From Acidobacteriota bacterium (GTDB lineage: Bacteria > Acidobacteriota > Thermoanaerobaculia > Gp7-AA8), in NCBI GenBank assembly GCA_019244185.1, contig JAFATB010000014.1, forward strand, positions 160,001-224,000: DNA of 64,000 nt, given 5' to 3'. This document shows, one piece after another, positions 17,801-26,640 of the stretch. The notes beneath the pieces were generated by a model that made no database searches, was not told the DNA's origin, and saw only the letters and a program-made list of their open reading frames with translations. The first letter of the stretch is position 1. Every line of letters starts with the position of its first letter. The position numbers were made by a program, and so were the translations under genes.

Positions 17801-20382
17801 GCGACCTCAATCTCATGCTCCGCTCGCCGAACGCGGTGGGCGAAGACGTCATCGGCCTCATCGGCCTGCTCGTCGCGCCGGATCAATTCGGCAGCGCCGG
17901 CGCGAACCTCACCAACATGGTCATCGACGACGAGGGCACCGGCGACATGTTCGCGGCGCCGGATACCGAGGCGCCGTACACCGGCAGCTACGTTCCGATC
18001 TACAACTCTCCGTCGTGGATCACCGGCTTCGGCGTTCCGGGCGACCCGAAGGGCACGCTGTCGTATCAGGACGGCACGAGCACGAAAGGCACCTGGAACG
18101 TGCTCGCGGCCGATCACGCCACTCCCGACTCGGGCACGCTGAACACGTGGTCGTTGATCGTCACGCCCGTGCACTTCGACGTCGCCGCATTCGTGGCCGG
18201 CGCCAACGTCACCGCCACGAAGACGGTGAGCGGCACGTTCCGCGTCGGCGGCACGGTCACGTACACGGTCACGCTCACGAACAACGGCACCGCGAACCAG
18301 GGCGACAACCCCGGCAACGAGTTCGCCGACTCTCTCCCCTCCGGCGTCACGTTCGTCAGCGTGAACGCCACCAGCGGCACCGCGGCCAACGTCTCGAACA
18401 TCGTCACGTGGAACGGCACGCTCGCCCCGCTCGGCGGCACGGTCACGATCACGATCACCGCGACCGTGAATGCCGGCACGCAGGGCACTGTCATCAGCAA
18501 CCAGGGCGCGGCCTTCTACGACGCCGACAACAACGGCACGAACGAAGCGACGGTCTCCACGGATGATCCGAGCGTCGGCGGCGCGACCGATCCGACGAAC
18601 TTCACCGTCGGCAACGCCAACTTCACCGGCACCAAGACTGCCTCCGGCACGTTCAAGAGCGGCAGCACCGTCACCTACACCGTCACGCTGACCAACAGCG
18701 GCAACAGCGCCACGCTCGACAACAGCGGCAACGAGTTCTCCGACACGCTGCCGGCCAGCCTGACGCTCGTCAGCGCCAACGCCACGAGCGGGACCGCGGC
18801 CACCGCGGGCAACACCGTGACGTGGAACGGCAGCATCTCCTCCGGCGGCATCGTAACCATCACCATCACCGCCACCATCAACGCCGCGGCGCCGGGAACG
18901 GTCATCTCCAACCAGGGCACGATCAACTACGACGCCGATCTCGACGGCACGAACGAGTCGTCGACGACCACGGACGATCCGAGTGTCGGCGGCGCGAACG
19001 ACGCCACGAGCTTCACCGTTCAGGGCGCGACGCTCGCCGCGACGAAGACGGTCAGCGGCACGTTCAGCCCGGGCGGCGCGGTCACGTACACGATCACCAT
19101 CAACAACACCGGCACGGCCGCGACGACGGACAACCCCGGCAACGAGCTGACCGACATTCTCCCGGCGAGCCTCACGCTCGTCAGCGCCAGCGCGACGTCC
19201 GGCACCGCCACCCCCACCGTCATCTCGAACACGGTGACGTGGAACGGCGGCGTGCCCGCGAGCGGCAGCGTCACCATCACCATCAACGCCACCGTCAATC
19301 CGGGCACCGCATCGGGCACGGTGGTCAGCAATCAGGCGTCGCTCGCATACGACTCCGACGGCGACAACACCAACGAGACCACAGCCTCGAGCGACGATCC
19401 GGCCGTCGGCGGTACGAGCGACCCGACGAACTTCACCGTGAACGGCGCGACCGTCACCGCGACGAAGACGCGCAGCGGCTCGACCGCGGTCGGCGGCGCC
19501 GTCACCTACACCATCACCCTCACGAACTCGGGCAACGTTCCCGCCGGCGACAACCCCGGCAACGAGTTCACCGACGTGCTGCCGGCGAGCCTCACGCTCG
19601 TCAGCGCCAGCGCCTCGTCCGGCAACGCCGTCGCCACCGTCGGCACGAACACCGTGACGTGGAACGGCGCGGTCCCGGCCAGCGGCAGCGTCACGATCAC
19701 CATCAACGCCACCGTCGATCCGGGCACGCAAGGCCAGACGATCAGCAACCAGGGATCGTTCAGCTACGACTCGGACAACAACGGTACGAACGAGTCGAAC
19801 GGCGTCACCGACGATCCGAGCGTCGGCGGCACGTCCGATCCGACCTCGTTCGTCGCCACCGGCGCGTCCGAGACCGTGACCAAGACCGTGACCGGCAGCT
19901 TCGTCACCGGCACCGACGTCACATACACGCTCGTCATCCACAACGCCGGCAACATCGCCTCCGGCGACAACCCCGGCAACGAGCTGACGGACATCCTCCC
20001 CGCCGAGCTCACGCTCGTCAGCGCGAGCGCCACGTCCGGCACGGCCACGGCGACCGTCGCCACGAACACCGTGACGTGGAACGGCAGCGTGCCCGCGGGC
20101 GGCGACGTGACGATCACCATCGTCGCGACGATCGAGCCGGGTCACGAAAGCGCCACCATCAGCAACCAGGCCACGCTCAGCTACGACACGAACGGCGACG
20201 GAACGAACGATGCGACGACCACGAGCGACAGCCCGGCGGCCGGCGGCACGAACGATCCGACGACGTTCTCGGTCGCGGCTGCCGCGGTCGCAACGCCGAT
20301 CCCGACCGCGTCGGAGCTCGGCCTGCTCATGCTCGCGCTCGGCCTCGCCGCGCTCGCCGCATGGAAGCTCACGCTCCGCTGA
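14878..20382 (+). CDS. Secreted M36 (fungalysin) metallopeptidase with P-domain-like region, five DUF11-like repeats and IPTL-CTERM-type sorting tail
   Basis: Signal peptide; propeptide; HELTHG zinc motif, GMGEGWSD, EVHNIGEVW; LTHTYDGDL...GTWNV...DSGTLNTWSL; repeats; C-terminus IPTASELGLLMLALGLAALAAWKL; AGGAGG RBS. Confidence 0.92.
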   Translation: MNRFTRAMWRTLPVLFCFSALSVFAQVAPEPPVKGTNPIKTLRMLDARVNYPQGAETALNARLEAARTGLTQARTFAGQINTAAQALRTTGIPGLAVRVSPYTAGIEMIRNERGSLTPASGGTSTAIVRNFLTQHGDVFGLAKSDVDDLVVLGDSAGGYSGLRMLRMEQQINGRPIFQSETRFILTSNGRLMQGAGRLVPHARSFAGGISGANYMPPGDAFRALMSIEGKTIAPAKITLGAVDATHAELTVDDDYIAGTVGARQVLFPLAPGLVVPAWSLYVTTTGEAAWYAVVDAETGAVLWRKNVRAYASLHDARFRVYVQADGVTPADSPAPASPNAFAVGSGTQAAAIPPTIVSMHTAMDATASPNGWIDDCPGGVCTANESQTLGNNTLTCLDRVTPADVCDTVASSVLDGNGRPTGNPDANARNRDFLGTAPRDFQTNFLPPPQGGNPEAGQTATGNGSSGTAAVDQFRRGAVTHLFYLTNWYHDKLYRLGFDEAAGNFQQTNFSGQGAGGDRVLGDAQDASGTNNANFSTFPDGTSGRMQMYRFTGPTIDRDGALDADVVLHELTHGTSNRLVGDAAGLNWDPAAGMGEGWSDFFALSLLNNTNADDPNGRYAAGAYATYKFISTAYLDNYVYGIRRFGYSTANNVDPLTWADVDDVTNDMSGGIPVSPVSPNSAGGMEVHNIGEVWALTLWEMRSRIIADPAGANGDVPTGNQTSLQLVTDALKMTPVDPKFTDARDAILDADCATNACANEDSIWGAFADRELGYGAYTPFFLSWSFFSSHMAVHTSTSLPYLDVVDKSTDVTIDDSADNNNGAIDPGEAIKMTVKLTNPWRRATKAVTSATATLTSSTPGVTIYDNTSTYGAIAPLGSATGDTFTFTVAPSVTAGSTLAFDLSVTSNLGTTVTSFTVRVGTRNGTDAPVTYSTTPNVAIPDGNQLGAKSPMTITDDYEIADVDFRVDSLTHTYDGDLNLMLRSPNAVGEDVIGLIGLLVAPDQFGSAGANLTNMVIDDEGTGDMFAAPDTEAPYTGSYVPIYNSPSWITGFGVPGDPKGTLSYQDGTSTKGTWNVLAADHATPDSGTLNTWSLIVTPVHFDVAAFVAGANVTATKTVSGTFRVGGTVTYTVTLTNNGTANQGDNPGNEFADSLPSGVTFVSVNATSGTAANVSNIVTWNGTLAPLGGTVTITITATVNAGTQGTVISNQGAAFYDADNNGTNEATVSTDDPSVGGATDPTNFTVGNANFTGTKTASGTFKSGSTVTYTVTLTNSGNSATLDNSGNEFSDTLPASLTLVSANATSGTAATAGNTVTWNGSISSGGIVTITITATINAAAPGTVISNQGTINYDADLDGTNESSTTTDDPSVGGANDATSFTVQGATLAATKTVSGTFSPGGAVTYTITINNTGTAATTDNPGNELTDILPASLTLVSASATSGTATPTVISNTVTWNGGVPASGSVTITINATVNPGTASGTVVSNQASLAYDSDGDNTNETTASSDDPAVGGTSDPTNFTVNGATVTATKTRSGSTAVGGAVTYTITLTNSGNVPAGDNPGNEFTDVLPASLTLVSASASSGNAVATVGTNTVTWNGAVPASGSVTITINATVDPGTQGQTISNQGSFSYDSDNNGTNESNGVTDDPSVGGTSDPTSFVATGASETVTKTVTGSFVTGTDVTYTLVIHNAGNIASGDNPGNELTDILPAELTLVSASATSGTATATVATNTVTWNGSVPAGGDVTITIVATIEPGHESATISNQATLSYDTNGDGTNDATTTSDSPAAGGTNDPTTFSVAAAAVATPIPTASELGLLMLALGLAALAAWKLTLR
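18200..20275 (+). repeat. Five intragenic tandem repeats of about 140 aa (DUF11/Ig-like)
   Basis: Recurring TKTVSG..VTYTxTxxNxG..DNPGNExxDxLP..SATSG..VTWNG..ISNQ..YDxDxxGTNE..DDPSVGG; boundaries approximate. Confidence 0.85.
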
Positions 20383-20403
20383 TCCGCAACTTCACGCAGC
20401 AAC

Positions 20404-20433
20404 GAAAACGGCGGCCGCAAGGCCGCCGTTTTC
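20404..20433. terminator. Bidirectional intrinsic terminator
   Basis: GAAAACGGCGGCC-GCAA-GGCCGCCGTTTTC between convergent genes. Confidence 0.85.
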
Positions 20434-20455
20434 CTTTGCGCGCGACGCGAAAAAA

Positions 20456-21658
20456 TCAGACGCGATTGCGGCGCGCGGCCGGCTTCTTCTCGAGCTCTTC
20501 CCACGCCTCGACGCCGGCCACGGCGCAGCGCGGGACCTTCTCGCCGAGCGTCTCCTCGATCTTGCGCACCATCGGCAGGTCCTGCCACGTCGCGATCGTG
20601 GAGACGATGCCGAGGGCGCGGCCGCGCGCGGTGCGTCCGGCGCGGTGCACGTAGTCCTCGACGTTCTCCGGGATGTCGAAGTTGATGACTTGCTCGATGC
20701 CGGGGATGTCGATGCCACGGCCGGCGATGTCGGTGGCCACGAGGATGCGGTGCTGCCCTTCGCGGAACGTCTTGAGCGCGCTGACGCGCTTGCCCTGCGA
20801 CTGGTCGGCGTGAATGCGCGCGACCGGATGTCCCTGCCGCTCGAGGATGTGGAAGAGCCACTCCGCGTCGACCTTGCGCCGCGTGAAGACGAGCGTCGAG
20901 CCGAGCTCCTGCTGCAGCAGCGCGAGCAGCGCCGGGCGCTTGTCTTCCTGCTTCACGAGATAGAGCCGGTGCGTGATGCCTTCGGCCGCGGCGCCTTCGG
21001 GCATGATGTCGACGCGCACGGGATCGCGCATGAAGTCGCGCGCGATCATCTCGATCGAGTCGGGCATCGTGGCCGAGAACATCATCGTCTGGCGGTCGCG
21101 GGAGAGGCGGCGCAGCACGTCGCGGATCTGCGGGAGAAATCCGAGATCGAGCATGTGGTCGGCCTCGTCGAGGACGAGCATCTCGATCTTGTCGAGCGAG
21201 ACGCTGCGGCGCTGCACGTGATCGAGCAGGCGCCCCGGCGTGGCGACGACGATGTCCGGCTGCGCGCGCAGCTCGTCGAACTGCGGCTTCATCTTCACGC
21301 CGCCGATGAGACAGGCGGTGCGCAGCTCGTGTTCCTTGCCGAAGAGATCGAGGAACGCCTTCGTCTGCAGCGCGATCTCGCGCGTCGGCGCGAGGATGAG
21401 ACCGCGCACGCCCTGGCCGTGCGTGAGGCGCTCGGCGAGCGGCAGGACGAACGCCGCGGTCTTGCCGGAGCCGGTCTGCGCGAGACCGATCACGTCGCGG
21501 CCGGTGAGCGCGGTGGGGATGACCGCGGCCTGGATCGGCGTCGGATTGAGGAAGCCGAATCCCTCGATCGTACGGAGAATCGGCTCCGAGATGCCGAGGT
21601 CGGAAAAAGATTTGTCGGTCGTGGAGACCGGATGCTGTGGAATTGCGACAGTTGTCAT
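20456..21658 (-). CDS. DEAD-box RNA helicase
   Basis: AQTGSGKT, PTREIA, TPGRLLD, DEAD, SAT, YVHRAGRTAR; start MTTVAIPQ. Confidence 0.95.
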   Translation of the reverse strand: MTTVAIPQHPVSTTDKSFSDLGISEPILRTIEGFGFLNPTPIQAAVIPTALTGRDVIGLAQTGSGKTAAFVLPLAERLTHGQGVRGLILAPTREIALQTKAFLDLFGKEHELRTACLIGGVKMKPQFDELRAQPDIVVATPGRLLDHVQRRSVSLDKIEMLVLDEADHMLDLGFLPQIRDVLRRLSRDRQTMMFSATMPDSIEMIARDFMRDPVRVDIMPEGAAAEGITHRLYLVKQEDKRPALLALLQQELGSTLVFTRRKVDAEWLFHILERQGHPVARIHADQSQGKRVSALKTFREGQHRILVATDIAGRGIDIPGIEQVINFDIPENVEDYVHRAGRTARGRALGIVSTIATWQDLPMVRKIEETLGEKVPRCAVAGVEAWEELEKKPAARRNRV

Positions 21659-21660
21659 CG

Positions 21661-22020
21661 TTAACGAAATACCTTCGCGTAGACGCCGGCGTTGACCAGG
21701 AGCACGACCACCCCGATGGCGATCTCGAGCCCGCGCGTCAATCCGGACGGATAGATCAGCGGAAGAATGTAGTGCGCGATGAAACCGCCGTCGTAGCCGG
21801 CGCGTCCCGCCGCGCGGAGGAAGTGGTTTTCCCACTTCGTCAGCGGACAGTACCATCCTCCGAACTCGATCAGCATGCCCCACAGCGCCGCGGGGAGATG
21901 CAGCCACACCAGCTTCGGCCAGCGCAGCAGCAGGAAGCCGCCGAATAGCACGAAGAAAATGAAGGCGAGGTGGAAGAGCGCGATCGCGCTCGCGGCCACT
22001 TGATCCGCCATGCGTCGCAT
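21661..22020 (-). CDS. DUF2784 family membrane protein
   Basis: HLAFIFFV, WLHLPA, GWYCPLTKWEN, GFIAHYI. Confidence 0.88.
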   Translation of the reverse strand: MRRMADQVAASAIALFHLAFIFFVLFGGFLLLRWPKLVWLHLPAALWGMLIEFGGWYCPLTKWENHFLRAAGRAGYDGGFIAHYILPLIYPSGLTRGLEIAIGVVVLLVNAGVYAKVFR

Positions 22021-22055
22021 GAGTCCCGGAAGAGACTACCTATAATGCCCGCGCG

Positions 22056-23807
22056 ATGAAACGGTCTTTCCCCCTGGTTCTCTTCCTGCTCGTCCTCGGA
22101 TGCGCCTCCGCGCCTCCGCGCGCGGCGGAACCGGTGCACGTGGTCATCGTCTCCACGACGGACGTCCACGGATGGTTCAACGGCCACATCGAGTCGCCTC
22201 CGGGCGGCGGCGCGGGCGTGCTGTGGGGCGGCCTGCCGACGCTGGCGAGCTACATCGACGCGCTGCGCGACCGCGATCCCGGCCGCGTGCTCGTCGTCGA
22301 TTCCGGCGATCTCTTCCAGGGCACGCTCGAGTCGAACCTCTTCGAGGGCGAGCCGGTCGTCCGCGGCTACAACGCGATCGGCTACACCGCCGCCGCCGTC
22401 GGCAATCACGAGTTCGATTTCGGCCCCGTCGGCCCCGACTCCGTCGCGCGCACGCCCGGCCAGGATCCCCTCGGCACGATCAAGCGCAACGCCGAGCTGG
22501 CCATGTTCCCGTTCCTCTCCGCGAACATGCTCGACCGCGCGACGCACAAGACGCCGTCATGGGCGCGACCGTACACGCTCGTGCGCGCCGGCGCCGCGCG
22601 CATCGGCATCATCGGTCTCTCGACGCCCGACACGCCGAACACCACCACCGCCGCGAACGTGGCGTCGCTCGAGTTCACGGATCCCGTTCCGGCCGCCGTC
22701 GCCGCGGCGAAGGAACTGCGCGCGCAGGGCGCCGATGCCGTCATCGTGATCGCGCACATGGGCGGCCGCTGCAACGACGTCAGCGATCCGCACGTGCTCG
22801 CCGGCTGCGAGACGCAGCAGGAGGCGATGGAGTTTCTGCAGCGCATCCCGCCCGGCACCATCGACGCGTACTTTGCCGGCCACACGCACGCGCAGATGCG
22901 GCATTACGTGAACGGCGTGCCCGCCGTGCAGGGGCTCGCGTTCAGCCGCGAGTTCGGCACGGTCGATCTCTGGATCGACGCGCAGCACGACCGCGTGACG
23001 AAGTCGGAACTGCGTCCGCTGACGATGATCTGTTCGTTCGTCTACAGCGGTACCGAAACGTGCGATCCGAAGAAAGCTCCCGCGGGCGCGACGCTCGTGC
23101 CGCGCGTCTTCGCCGGCGAGACGATCGCACCCGTGTCGCGCGTCGCCTCCGTGATCGATCCGTATCTGCGCCGCACCGCCGCGAAGCGCGAGGAGAAGCT
23201 CGGCATCCGCACGTCGGCGGCGATTTCGCGCGCCTACATGGAAGAAGCGCCCCTCGGCGACGTGCTCGCCGATGCGCTGCGCGCGGCGACCGGCGCGGAC
23301 CTGGCGATGATGAACTCCGGCGGCATCCGCTCCGATCTCCCCGCGGGCGAGCTCACGTACGCGGACGTCTTCGCCGTGAGCCCCTTCGACAACTATCCAG
23401 CCGTCGTCGCGCTCACCGGCGCGGAGGTCACCGGCATCCTGCAGGCGATGTCCGGCGGCGCGCGCGGGATCATGCAGGTCAGCGGCCTCCGCTACACGAT
23501 CGACGAGGCGAAGGACGCCGACAAGCCCGCCGCCGAGCGCAATCGCGTCACGAGCATCACCCTCGAAGACAGCTCGCCGCTCGATCCCGCGAAGCTCTAC
23601 CGCGTGGCGATGCCCGACTTCATCGCCGCCGGCGGCGACGGCACGCAGGACGTGATGAAGAACGTCCCGAAAGACCGCATCCAGATCTTCTACTCGACCG
23701 CGCTCCGCGACGCCATCATCGACCCGATGCGCAAGATGCCGCAGCCGCTCACGCCCGACAAACGCGGACGCGTGACGATCCTCAACCACGACAAAGCGCC
23801 GAAGTAG
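22056..23807 (+). CDS. 5'-nucleotidase / metallophosphoesterase (UshA-like), probable lipoprotein
   Basis: LGC lipobox-like; TTDVHG, DSGDLFQG, GNHEFDFG, AGHTH, NSGGIR, PFDN. Confidence 0.93.
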   Translation: MKRSFPLVLFLLVLGCASAPPRAAEPVHVVIVSTTDVHGWFNGHIESPPGGGAGVLWGGLPTLASYIDALRDRDPGRVLVVDSGDLFQGTLESNLFEGEPVVRGYNAIGYTAAAVGNHEFDFGPVGPDSVARTPGQDPLGTIKRNAELAMFPFLSANMLDRATHKTPSWARPYTLVRAGAARIGIIGLSTPDTPNTTTAANVASLEFTDPVPAAVAAAKELRAQGADAVIVIAHMGGRCNDVSDPHVLAGCETQQEAMEFLQRIPPGTIDAYFAGHTHAQMRHYVNGVPAVQGLAFSREFGTVDLWIDAQHDRVTKSELRPLTMICSFVYSGTETCDPKKAPAGATLVPRVFAGETIAPVSRVASVIDPYLRRTAAKREEKLGIRTSAAISRAYMEEAPLGDVLADALRAATGADLAMMNSGGIRSDLPAGELTYADVFAVSPFDNYPAVVALTGAEVTGILQAMSGGARGIMQVSGLRYTIDEAKDADKPAAERNRVTSITLEDSSPLDPAKLYRVAMPDFIAAGGDGTQDVMKNVPKDRIQIFYSTALRDAIIDPMRKMPQPLTPDKRGRVTILNHDKAPK

Positions 23808-23816
23808 CGGCGGCGC

Positions 23817-24764
23817 TCACGTCAGGCGGCGCAGGTAGTACGCCCAGAACGCGGCGTCCTCGCGCACGAGGTTGAACGGCATCGACCACGGCACGGAGTC
23901 GTGCGAGGGGACGGTGAAGACTTCGACGCCGTAGCGCTGGTACGTCATCTTGATGCGCGGCAGGTGGTAGAAGTGACTGACGACGAGCACGCGCGCCGGT
24001 CTCTCGCCGAGCATCGCGCGCGTGTTGCGCACCGACGCCTCCGTGTTCACGCCGGCCGCGTCTTCGACGATCGCCTCGCGCGGCACGCCGAGCGACTCCG
24101 CGTAACGGCGCATCACCCGCGGCTCGCTGAACGCGCCTTCGCCGGGCCCGCCGGAGAAGACGAGTTGCCGCACGAGTCCCGCGCGCTGCAGCTCGCACGC
24201 GGTCCGCACGCGATCGGCGAGCGCGTGCGACGGCGTGCCGTTCGCGAACGCGCGCGCGCCGAAGACGACCGCGACGTCGGCGCGCCGGCGGTAGTCGGTC
24301 GTGCCGAAAAACGCGATCTGCGCGAGCGGAAAGACGACGACCGCGACGACGACCGCGATTCCGGCGACGAGCGGCCGCGCCGGCTCCTCGTCGTCGCGCA
24401 CGAAGATGAAGAAGCCGAGCAGCAGCGCGACGGCGAGGGAGAGCGGCAGCGGCACGAGCGGCTCGATCGCGCCGTTCGCGACGGCGACGTAGAAGCGGAT
24501 GCTGTCGACCATCGCCGCGACCGCCAGCGCGCCAAGCAGCACGCTCGCGGCGCGGCGTACGTGTCCCGCGCGCCGGCACGCGTACACGAGCAGCGCGGCG
24601 GCCGCGCAGAGCAGCACGACGCGCTGTGCGCCGATCGGCAACGGGCGGAGGTCGATCCACCAGAGGTTGCCGTTCGCGCCCGCGAACCGCAGATCGCCGG
24701 CGACGTTCGCAATGGCGAAGAGGCCGAGGAACAGCGCGAGACCGCGAACAATCGAAGCGCGCAT
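23817..24764 (-). CDS. YdcF/DUF218 (ElyC/SanA-like) protein with N-terminal TM domain
   Basis: AVVFGA, LADRV, FSGG, GVNTEAS, VSHFYHLPR, RE motif. Confidence 0.88.
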   Translation of the reverse strand: MRASIVRGLALFLGLFAIANVAGDLRFAGANGNLWWIDLRPLPIGAQRVVLLCAAAALLVYACRRAGHVRRAASVLLGALAVAAMVDSIRFYVAVANGAIEPLVPLPLSLAVALLLGFFIFVRDDEEPARPLVAGIAVVVAVVVFPLAQIAFFGTTDYRRRADVAVVFGARAFANGTPSHALADRVRTACELQRAGLVRQLVFSGGPGEGAFSEPRVMRRYAESLGVPREAIVEDAAGVNTEASVRNTRAMLGERPARVLVVSHFYHLPRIKMTYQRYGVEVFTVPSHDSVPWSMPFNLVREDAAFWAYYLRRLT

Positions 24765-24777
24765 GCGATGTTCGTCC

Positions 24778-25380
24778 TCAGCCTGGAACGGCCGGCTGCA
24801 CGGCAGGCGTGCGGCGGCGGACGCGCTTCACGATCCGCCACAGCACCCACACGAGCGCGAGGAGCACGATCGGCACGACGAGTGGCGCGAAGATGGCGAT
24901 CATGGAGAGCCCGAACGAGAAGATATCTTCGAGCACCGAGAGGAACGGGTTCGCGCAGCCGAGGGTCGCGGTCGACGACGCAACGCGCGTCCCTGCCTTC
25001 AGCGTGTGCAGGCCGAGCGATGCGGGTGCGCCGACGATGAGCCCGACCACCGCGGCGACGGTCGGATCGACGACGCTGGCGAGCACGGACGCGGTCGCGG
25101 TCGCGCCGGCGAGCGGGCGGATGAACGTGCCAGCGGCGTGCAGGAAGTGATCGACGGCGGGGATCTTGTCGGCGATGAGCTCGACGATGGTCGCGAGGAC
25201 GAGCACGGCCAGCGCGGTGTCCGTCTCGAGCCACGCGAACTTCGCGCCGAGCGTCACTCCGGCGATGTGGAAGTGCGCGGCGGCGGAAAGCAGCAGCAGC
25301 GGAAGAAAGGTATTCAGTCCGGTCGAGGCCGAAAGGCCGAGGCCCAGCAGAAGGGCGAGGACGAGCTGCGTGGCGCTCAC
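24778..25380 (-). CDS. DUF4126 family membrane protein
   Basis: GLSASTGLNTFLPLL, ELIADKIPAVDH, NPFLSVLED; GTG overlaps ddl stop. Confidence 0.88.
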   Translation of the reverse strand: MSATQLVLALLLGLGLSASTGLNTFLPLLLLSAAAHFHIAGVTLGAKFAWLETDTALAVLVLATIVELIADKIPAVDHFLHAAGTFIRPLAGATATASVLASVVDPTVAAVVGLIVGAPASLGLHTLKAGTRVASSTATLGCANPFLSVLEDIFSFGLSMIAIFAPLVVPIVLLALVWVLWRIVKRVRRRTPAVQPAVPG

Positions 25381-26423
25381 GCCATGATGGTAGCGCGCTT
25401 GCCGTCGTGCCGGCTCGCGCGCGCGGCGGCGAGCTCCATCTGTTTCTCCAGAAACTCGCGGAAGCCGATGCCCGCCTCGCGCAACTCCTGCGGCACGAGC
25501 GAGCTGGTCGTCAGTCCCGGCAGCGTGTTCGTCTCGAGGAAGTAGACGCCGTCTTCCGCCGCAATGAGATCGCTGCGCGAGTAGCCTTCGCACCCGAGCG
25601 CTTCATGCGCCGCGAGCGCGGTCTGTTGCGCATCTGCCGTGACCGCATCCGGAATCTGCGCCGGACAGATCTCCCGCGTGCCCGCGCCGAGGTACTTGCC
25701 CGCGTAGTCGAACGCGCGATTCGTGTCGACTTCGATCTCGATCACCGGCAGCGCGAACGGGCCGTCTCCGTGATCGATCACGCCCACCGTGAGCTCGCGC
25801 CCCGCGATGAACTGTTCGAGGATATACGGCATCTTCCGTTCGATGACCTGCCGCGCGACCGCCTCGCGATCGTCCTCACGTCCGAGAAAAAACAATCCGC
25901 GACTCGAGCCCGCCGCGAGCGGCTTCAACACGATCCGCTCGTAACGCGACAACAGGTCGTCGATCGCCGCGCGAATCTCGTCCGCGTTCCTCGCAACCCG
26001 CGACTCCGCCATCCGCACGCGCCCCCGCACGAGTTCTTTCGCGCGATCCTTATCGAACGCCGCCGCGCTCGCTGCCGATCCGGATCCCGTGAACGGGATC
26101 CCGCGCTTCTCCAGCATCGCCTGCACGGTGCCGTCTTCCCCCTCGCCCCCATGCAACGCGAGCAAAAACAACGGCTCTTCGACGGGCAACGTATCGAGAG
26201 CCTGTTCGAGATCGGGAAAGATCGCAGGCCGCACCGGCACGAAGTCGAGCTCGAACGGACGCTGCTGCTCGATCACATCACTCGCCCGCACGTCGTGCAC
26301 GCTCCCCTCCGGCGCCCAGTACCACGCGAGCACACGATCGAGCGTCCGCAGGACGTTCTGCGCCGAAGCCACCGAGACATGGCGCTCATCCGAACGCCCC
26401 CCAAACAAAACAATCGGAGTCAC
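25377..26423 (-). CDS. ddl: D-alanine--D-alanine ligase family protein
   Basis: LFGGRSDERHVSVASA, ALHGGEGEDG, GSSRG, FDYAGKY, LETNTLPGLT; start uncertain (GTG 26423 or TTG 26441). Confidence 0.88.
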   Translation of the reverse strand: MTPIVLFGGRSDERHVSVASAQNVLRTLDRVLAWYWAPEGSVHDVRASDVIEQQRPFELDFVPVRPAIFPDLEQALDTLPVEEPLFLLALHGGEGEDGTVQAMLEKRGIPFTGSGSAASAAAFDKDRAKELVRGRVRMAESRVARNADEIRAAIDDLLSRYERIVLKPLAAGSSRGLFFLGREDDREAVARQVIERKMPYILEQFIAGRELTVGVIDHGDGPFALPVIEIEVDTNRAFDYAGKYLGAGTREICPAQIPDAVTADAQQTALAAHEALGCEGYSRSDLIAAEDGVYFLETNTLPGLTTSSLVPQELREAGIGFREFLEKQMELAAARASRHDGKRATIMA

Positions 26424-26450
26424 GGCTGCTGCTCTCTGCAACGGTTCTGC

Positions 26451-26640
26451 CCGAGGAGAGACCGACGAGGAGCGCCTCCGGCGGGCCGGCGCGGCCGGCG
26501 GCGCTGAGGGCTTAGCCTATCCGCACGTGCGGCTGCTCTGCGCGTGTTGATGGCAGCCGCACGTGCGTACTGGCTAAGCCCTCAGCGCTGCCGGCCGCGC
26601 CGGCCCGCCGGAGGCGCTCCCGGTCAACGGTCGCTCTCGG
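26451..26640. repeat. Long inverted repeat (REPIN/MITE-like hairpin)
   Basis: 49-nt arms 26469-26517 / 26572-26620 (one mismatch), inner perfect 15-nt arms 26522-26536 / 26553-26567, imperfect outer arms. Confidence 0.88.

Noticed and set aside
14803-20145. 1780-aa antisense ORF and other very long overlapping ORFs (e.g. 1650-3524, 5760-8039, 8318-10471, 11598-13706, 43250-45490, 61267-63819)
   Set aside because: Arg/Ala/Gly/Val-rich shadows of real genes caused by high GC and scarce stop codons; no motifs.
18200-20275. ~420-bp repeats considered as DGR template/variable regions or a mobile element
   Set aside because: In-frame protein domain repeats with ordinary divergence; no reverse transcriptase; no adenine-specific pattern apparent.
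25377-26423. ddl considered as a Van-type D-Ala-D-Lac ligase
   Set aside because: Omega loop FDYAGKY has the Tyr typical of D-Ala-D-Ala ligases; no vanH/vanX/vanRS nearby.
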